From Ferrithrix thermotolerans DSM 19514 (GTDB lineage Bacteria > Actinomycetota > Acidimicrobiia > Acidimicrobiales > Ilumatobacteraceae), in the NCBI GenBank assembly GCA_945889085.1, contig CAMDBM010000002.1, positions 9,745 to 73,744 on the forward strand: DNA of 64,000 nt, written 5' to 3'. Positions 57,302 to 64,000 of the stretch are shown here, in pieces. The notes under the pieces are model-generated. The model saw only the letters and a program-made list of their open reading frames with translations, had not been told where the DNA came from and did not search any database. The stretch's first letter is position 1. The number at the start of each line of letters is the position of its first letter. The position numbers were made by a program, and so were the translations under genes.

Positions 57302-58380
57302 ACGCAGGCGCTGGCGAGGGTGGAGAGGTCCTGGGACCGCAAGAAGTCGGTGCGCGGGTCCTGGTCGAGGGTGTCGTGCACGAACGCGAAACTCAGCCCG
57401 GTGTCGGGATCGGCCCAGGCGATCTGGCCCCCGGCTCCCATGTGGCCGAACGCCCGGGGTGAGGGCCCTGACATCCAGCGGTGTGCAGCGAAACCGTCGT
57501 CGCCGGCGATCACGAACGCGAGCGAACGGTTGGCCACCACGTTGTCGGTATCGCTGACCATCCGGTTCCGGACCTGGAACGCGACAGCCGGGAGCGCAAG
57601 GAGGCGCTGGTAGACGAGGGCGATCTCGCCAGCACGCGCGAAACCGCCCCCTCCGGGGACGCCGGCGATCCGCGTCGCCGGGTGGTTCATCACGAGCAGA
57701 GCGTCGAGCGAGATCGTCGACGGCATCACGTAATCCATCCCGCCAAGGACCTCGGCGATGGCGGTATCGGGCGGCCGTTCGCCGGTGGCGCGAACGTCGT
57801 GACAGGGGTCCTCGACCACGGAGGGTCCGATCAGGGGAGCGAGGTCGAGCGGCGAGGTCAGCGTGTCGTGGACCACGTCTGTATAAGGACGACCGGTGAC
57901 GGTGCTGATCAGTTCGGCGAGCACCCAGTGGGCGGCCATCGGGTGGTACGCACAGCGCGTCCCGGGCTCCCAGTCGAGGCGCCAGCCAGCCATCCGTTCC
58001 CGCCGGCCCTCGCTCGTTGCCCACTGCTTCGGGCCCATCGGCGCGTACGGAAAACCACCCTGCATGAGCATCACGTGCTCGACGAGGACGTGATGCTTGC
58101 CGTTGCCCGCGAACTCCGGGATGTAGTGCGCTACGGGTCGGGACGGGTCGAGTGCGCCGGACTCGACGAGCGGGATACAGGTGGCCGATACGAGGGCCTT
58201 GGTGGCCGAGAACATGCAGAACCGGGTGTCCGGTGTTGCGTCCCCGAAGTAGCCCTCGGCGATCACCGAACCGTTACGGGCCAGCGCAAATTGCGCACCG
58301 AGGGATCGGCCGCTGTCAACCTCGTCCCGAACCCGGGCAGCAAGCCGATCCGCACCCGAAAAGTCGACCAATTCGCCCAC
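57298..58380 (-). CDS. serine hydrolase, beta-lactamase (class C/esterase) family
   Basis: S-x-x-K nucleophile motif FSATKAL. About 360 aa, typical for the family. Confidence 0.85.
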   Translation of the reverse strand: MGELVDFSGADRLAARVRDEVDSGRSLGAQFALARNGSVIAEGYFGDATPDTRFCMFSATKALVSATCIPLVESGALDPSRPVAHYIPEFAGNGKHHVLVEHVMLMQGGFPYAPMGPKQWATSEGRRERMAGWRLDWEPGTRCAYHPMAAHWVLAELISTVTGRPYTDVVHDTLTSPLDLAPLIGPSVVEDPCHDVRATGERPPDTAIAEVLGGMDYVMPSTISLDALLVMNHPATRIAGVPGGGGFARAGEIALVYQRLLALPAVAFQVRNRMVSDTDNVVANRSLAFVIAGDDGFAAHRWMSGPSPRAFGHMGAGGQIAWADPDTGLSFAFVHDTLDQDPRTDFLRSQDLSTLASACV

Positions 58381-58432
58381 GATCCGTACACTAGGTGTCG
58401 ACGGTCACAAATGCCGAAGCGCTGGGGAGATC

Positions 58433-60067
<1,635 letters not shown>

Positions 60068-60078
60068 CCCCGCTCCAC

Positions 60079-60840
60079 GTGCGAGTGCTTCGGGCGCGCG
60101 TGCGCGAGGCGATCAAGGGCACGCGCCCCGGGCAATGGCTCGTAGCGGTGCGGCGACTTCGCCTGTGGGGCGGTCCCGGTCAGGCGGTGCTCGCGGCTAC
60201 CCCCGGCGCGCAGTGGACGTGGGGTGGTCCGATGAACGGGCAGCACGGCCGGCGAGCGCTCGTGCGCAGGATCGCCACCGGAATCCGGTTTCGGTACGCC
60301 GTCGAGACCGGCACGCACCGAGGCGCAAGCACCGCATTCCTCGCTGACGTAACCGGCGCGCCCGTTCACACGGTGGATGCCGACCCGGTTTCGGGGGGCT
60401 ATGCCACTCGTGTCTTCGCAGGCCGCACGGACGTCACGGTGTCGATCGACGACTCCCGACGATTTCTCGAGCGCGTGGCCGGCGAACAGGTCCGGACGGA
60501 TCCGGTGCTCTTTTATCTCGACGCGCACTGGGATGCGCAAGACCTCCCGCTGTGGGAGGAGATCCGGTATGTGTTCGCCCATTGGGACCATCCGGTGGTT
60601 GTCGTCGACGACTTCGCGGTGCCAGGCGATCCCGGTTACGGCTTCGACGCGTATGGCGTTGGGCGCAGCCTCTGCCTCGACGATCTGCTTCCTCACCTGC
60701 CTGAGACGGTCGAGGCGTGGTTTCCCTCGCTGCCGTCAGGCTCTGAGAGCGGGGCACGGCGGGGTTGCGTCGTGCTCGTGCGCTCCACGCCCCCGGCGGG
60801 CTGGGACCACGGCGGGCTGCTGTCCGCCGCCCGGCGCTGA
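60079..60840 (+). CDS. hypothetical protein, possibly a class I methyltransferase-like fold
   Basis: ETGTHRGASTAFLA and FYLDAHW resemble SAM-MTase motifs I and post-II. The assignment is weak. Confidence 0.4.
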   Translation: MRVLRARVREAIKGTRPGQWLVAVRRLRLWGGPGQAVLAATPGAQWTWGGPMNGQHGRRALVRRIATGIRFRYAVETGTHRGASTAFLADVTGAPVHTVDADPVSGGYATRVFAGRTDVTVSIDDSRRFLERVAGEQVRTDPVLFYLDAHWDAQDLPLWEEIRYVFAHWDHPVVVVDDFAVPGDPGYGFDAYGVGRSLCLDDLLPHLPETVEAWFPSLPSGSESGARRGCVVLVRSTPPAGWDHGGLLSAARR

Positions 60841-60849
60841 CGCGTCGGC

Positions 60850-62385
60850 TCAGCCCGAACGGCGGGCGACGAGGATGAGGTTCTTGCCGAGCGGCGGGTG
60901 CACCAGGGCGCGCTGCAGCACCTTGCTGACGGGGACGATGACCCGGTCGTAGATGGCGTTCGAGCCGGTGCCGAGCGTTTCCACACCGAGCACCCGGTAC
61001 ATCAGCCAGTAGGGGAGCACGCTGGCGACGTCGAAGTAGTCGATGGACTCCACGGTGAAACCGGCCTGCTCCACCTTTGCACGCAATGTCGCCTTCGTGT
61101 AGCGGCGGTAGTGCCCGGACTTGTGGTCGATCGCGGAGTACAGGCTCGGCATGGCGGGGACGAAGAGGCAGAGGTGCCCGCCCGGGGCGAGCAGGTGGCG
61201 GGCAGTGAGCAGTTCCCCGCCGTCGTCCTCGATGTGCTCGAGCACGTTCACGTAGACGGCGGTGTCGAACGGACCGTCCATGCCCTCGGCGAGGACCTCG
61301 GCCGAGGTGGCCTGACGGAGCGTGATGCGGGGGCTCCCCGCGATTCGCTTGGCGCATCGCGGGTACACGTTGGCGGCCGGTTCGAGCGCGAGCACGGTGC
61401 CGGGGTGGCGTTCGGTGATGGCGAGCGTGACGGTCCCGAGGCCAGCACCGACCTCGATCGTTCGCTGCCCGATGGCGGTGCCGAAGCCGTCGACGATCCA
61501 GCCGAAGAAATTGCGCGCGCCCGAGAGCGCTTCCAGCTCGTCGAGCGCCCCGAAGTGGGACTGCGCTGCAGGGTTCTGGCCGGCGAAGTGTGGCTGCCGC
61601 TTGGCCCAGTTTGTCTGGTCCGAGCGGTGCTCGGCCCGTGCTACGGCTCCGGCCTGTCGGGTGGCGCGGAGTCCGAGCAGAAACCGCCGCGTATCGGCGC
61701 GACTGATGGCAGGCACACCCGAGTAGCGCGGGCGGAACGTGATCGGCATCTCCTGGACGACGAACCCGTTGGCCTGGGCGAGTGCGGTGAGCGCTGCGAA
61801 GTAGACCGAGGCTTCGGCAAGCGCATCGGCGGGCACGGAGAGCGCGAGCACATCGGGGTGCATCACGCGGAACCCCGAGGTGGAGTCGCTGACACCGTCC
61901 ACCGGGCCGAGCCAGCGGACGAGTTGGTTGCCGAGGCGACTCGCGAGGGAGCGGGTCAGGCTGTTGCCGGGGGCTGAACCGCCACGGACCCATCGCGAGC
62001 CGATCGTGATGCCGTACCCGCCGGCGAGGTGTGCGCGCACAAGGTCGGGGATCTGGCGTGCATCGTGCTGGCCGTCACCGTCGAGCGTGACGAGGAAGCC
62101 GGAGGACCCTATTTCCCGAACGTGAGCGAACGCCGTTCGCATCGTGTCCACGCGACCGGTGCGCGCGCACTTCAGCACCTCAAGGTCCACGCCGAGGTGT
62201 TCGGCCTCGGCGCGGGCGAGGTCCACGGTGGCATCGTCTGAGCCGTCGTCGACGAGGAGCACCCCGAGCGTGATATCGCTGCGAACGAGCACCGAACGCG
62301 CTTCGTCGATCTCCTGAAGCACGGGAGCGATGGATCGCGCGTCGTTCTGTGTCGCCAGCAGGATCGTTCCGCGCATTCCGAGCAC
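60850..62385 (-). CDS. bifunctional-looking family 2 glycosyltransferase / class I SAM-dependent methyltransferase fusion
   Basis: The N-terminal half has LLVDDGSDDAT and LDGDGQHD. The C-terminal half has IEVGAGLGTVT, VNVLEHIEDD and APGGHLCLFVP. Confidence 0.75.
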   Translation of the reverse strand: MLGMRGTILLATQNDARSIAPVLQEIDEARSVLVRSDITLGVLLVDDGSDDATVDLARAEAEHLGVDLEVLKCARTGRVDTMRTAFAHVREIGSSGFLVTLDGDGQHDARQIPDLVRAHLAGGYGITIGSRWVRGGSAPGNSLTRSLASRLGNQLVRWLGPVDGVSDSTSGFRVMHPDVLALSVPADALAEASVYFAALTALAQANGFVVQEMPITFRPRYSGVPAISRADTRRFLLGLRATRQAGAVARAEHRSDQTNWAKRQPHFAGQNPAAQSHFGALDELEALSGARNFFGWIVDGFGTAIGQRTIEVGAGLGTVTLAITERHPGTVLALEPAANVYPRCAKRIAGSPRITLRQATSAEVLAEGMDGPFDTAVYVNVLEHIEDDGGELLTARHLLAPGGHLCLFVPAMPSLYSAIDHKSGHYRRYTKATLRAKVEQAGFTVESIDYFDVASVLPYWLMYRVLGVETLGTGSNAIYDRVIVPVSKVLQRALVHPPLGKNLILVARRSG

Positions 62386-62479
62386 AGTACCGGGCTAGTG
62401 CGGTCGAAGACCGAGCATCACCGATGCCTCGTCGGGCGTGGCGCCAGCGGTACTCGATGTCACCGCCGTGCCCCTCATC

Positions 62480-62558
62480 TCCTCATCCTTTCGCGTTCTG
62501 GGCAAACTTTTCCCCCGCATGCGTGGGGAAAGTCCCGTCAGAACGCAGAGGATGGGGG
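62480..62558. promoter_or_regulatory. long nested imperfect palindrome / extended hairpin in the divergent intergenic region upstream of metY
   Basis: The outer arms 62480..62500 and 62539..62558 pair over about 20 bp (8 perfect bp GCGTTCTG/CAGAACGC, then 12 bp with G-U wobbles and one bulge). The inner hairpin is TTTTCCCCCG-CATG-CGtGGGGAAAG (62508..62532). Confidence 0.35.
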
Positions 62559-62659
62559 AAAGGTGACCATTTAGGTCGACATTTGGCGCCCGCGTCACTA
62601 CACTTCCCCGATCGAACGCTTCGGCCGCATCGGTTGGCCATGGGACATCGGAGACAGTC

Positions 62660-63973
62660 ATGAGTGACAACTGGGGTTTTGAGACCAAGCAGATCCATGT
62701 GGGCGGAGACCCGGACCCGGCAACGGGCGCCCGGGCCGTACCGATCTACCAGACCACGTCGTACGAGTTCCGCAACTCCGAGCATGCCGCGAACCTGTTC
62801 GGTCTCGCCGAGGTGGGCTTCATCTACACCCGCATCATGAACCCCACCCAGGCCGCGCTCGAGGCCCGGGTGAACGCTCTGGAAGGCGGTTGCACCACCG
62901 CCATCGGCATCCCCGGCACCCTTGCCGTTGCCTCGGGCCAGGCTGCCGAGAGTCTCGCCCTCACCACCCTGTGCGAGGCCGGCAGCCACATTGTCGCCTC
63001 GCCGTCGCTCTACGGCGGTACCTACAACCTGCTGCACTACTCGCTCCCGAAGATGGGCATCGAGGTCACCTTCGTGGACGACCCGCACGATCTCGAGCAG
63101 TGGCGTGCGGCCATCCGCCCGAACACCCGCGCCTTCTACGGTGAGGCACTCGCCAACCCGAAGAACGACGTGTTCGACGTGGAGGGTGTGTCCAAGGTTG
63201 CCCACGACAACGGCATTCCGCTCATCATCGACAACACGGTTCCGTCGCCGTACCTGTTCCGTCCCCTCGAGTGGGGCGCAGACATCGTCGTGCACTCGCT
63301 CACCAAGTTCATCGGCGGCCACGGCACCTCGGTTGGCGGCGCGATCATCGACGGCGGCAAGTTTGACTTCGGCGCCAGCGGTCGCTTCCCGAACATGACC
63401 GAGCCCGACCCGTCGTACCACGGCCTCGCCTACTGGACGGCACTCGGCCACGGCTCGTTCGTGCTCAAGGCCCGCCTCCAGGGCCTGCGCGATCACGGCG
63501 CAGCCATCTCGCCGTTCAACGCCTTCCTCATCTTGCAGGGTCTCGAGACGCTCAGCCTGCGCATGGAGCGCCACTTCTCGAACGCCTCGAAGGTTGCGGC
63601 GTATCTCGAGGCACGTCCCGAGGTGGAGCGCGTGATCTACGCAGGTTCGGCGTCGTCGCCGTGGAAGGCCCGTGCGGACAAGTACTTCGGCGGCAAGGGC
63701 TACGGTTCGGTGTTGTCGTTCATCATCAAGGGCGGCAAGGAAGTCGGTCAGAAGTTTGCGGACTCGCTCGTGCTGCACAGCCATGTCGCCAATATCGGTG
63801 ACGTGCGCAGCCTCGTGATCCACCCGGCGTCCACCACCCACAGCCAGCTGACGGCCGAGGAGCAGGAGAGCTCGGGCGTGTACCCGGGTCTTGTGCGCCT
63901 CTCGGTGGGCCTCGAGTCGATTGAGGACATCCTTGCCGATCTCGATGCGGGGTTCGCTGCCGTCAAGGGCTGA
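62660..63973 (+). CDS. metY: O-acetylhomoserine aminocarboxypropyltransferase (sulfhydrylase)
   Basis: [22 protein letters not shown]-lysine [11 protein letters not shown] and RLSVGLE. Confidence 0.9.
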   Translation: MSDNWGFETKQIHVGGDPDPATGARAVPIYQTTSYEFRNSEHAANLFGLAEVGFIYTRIMNPTQAALEARVNALEGGCTTAIGIPGTLAVASGQAAESLALTTLCEAGSHIVASPSLYGGTYNLLHYSLPKMGIEVTFVDDPHDLEQWRAAIRPNTRAFYGEALANPKNDVFDVEGVSKVAHDNGIPLIIDNTVPSPYLFRPLEWGADIVVHSLTKFIGGHGTSVGGAIIDGGKFDFGASGRFPNMTEPDPSYHGLAYWTALGHGSFVLKARLQGLRDHGAAISPFNAFLILQGLETLSLRMERHFSNASKVAAYLEARPEVERVIYAGSASSPWKARADKYFGGKGYGSVLSFIIKGGKEVGQKFADSLVLHSHVANIGDVRSLVIHPASTTHSQLTAEEQESSGVYPGLVRLSVGLESIEDILADLDAGFAAVKG

Positions 63974-64000
63974 GTACGGGCTTCCCTCGCCGCGGCGCGC

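Noticed and set aside
62386-62659. A SAM-I or SAM-IV riboswitch upstream of metY
   Set aside because: I looked for the conserved core elements (GGCAACC, the GGUGC.AA-type segment and a closing P1) and did not find them. There are only loose resemblances (GCCAGCG, GUGCCCC). I report the region only as an unexplained structured element.

Overview
This is a GC-rich, very gene-dense chromosomal segment with short intergenic regions, many GTG/TTG starts and several overlapping stop/start or stop/stop codons. It looks like a high-GC Actinomycetota genome. It carries a mycothiol-type MDMPI enzyme, a suf cluster with an embedded Rieske gene, and many acyl-CoA and aromatic-catabolism enzymes. I support about 60 protein genes and found no rRNA, tRNA, CRISPR array, transposase or integrase.

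Five things stand out:
1. A UGA-recoded selenoprotein of the UGSC type lies at 7467..8006 (-). A SECIS-like hairpin starts 11 nt after the UGA. The gene sits directly downstream of a thioredoxin-CxxC fusion protein of unknown function.
2. A yybP-ykoY (Mn2+) riboswitch-like leader precedes a P-type ATPase, and an alternative helix could sequester the ribosome-binding site.
3. The SUF Fe-S assembly cluster is broken into three transcription units on both strands. It has two sufC paralogues and foreign genes inserted, and all three units carry a shared upstream sequence motif.
4. A type IV pilus gene set is present (pilB, pilC, minor pilin, an 800-aa pilin-vWA fusion, a 676-aa PilX_N-like protein with two FN3 repeats, pilD, pilT, a DUF429 gene and a major pilin). 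No pilMNOPQ genes are in the window.
5. A long nested hairpin lies in the divergent region upstream of metY.

All functional calls come from motif and family recognition by eye. Start codons are often uncertain by a few codons. The many long antisense ORFs in the track are GC-driven shadow ORFs.
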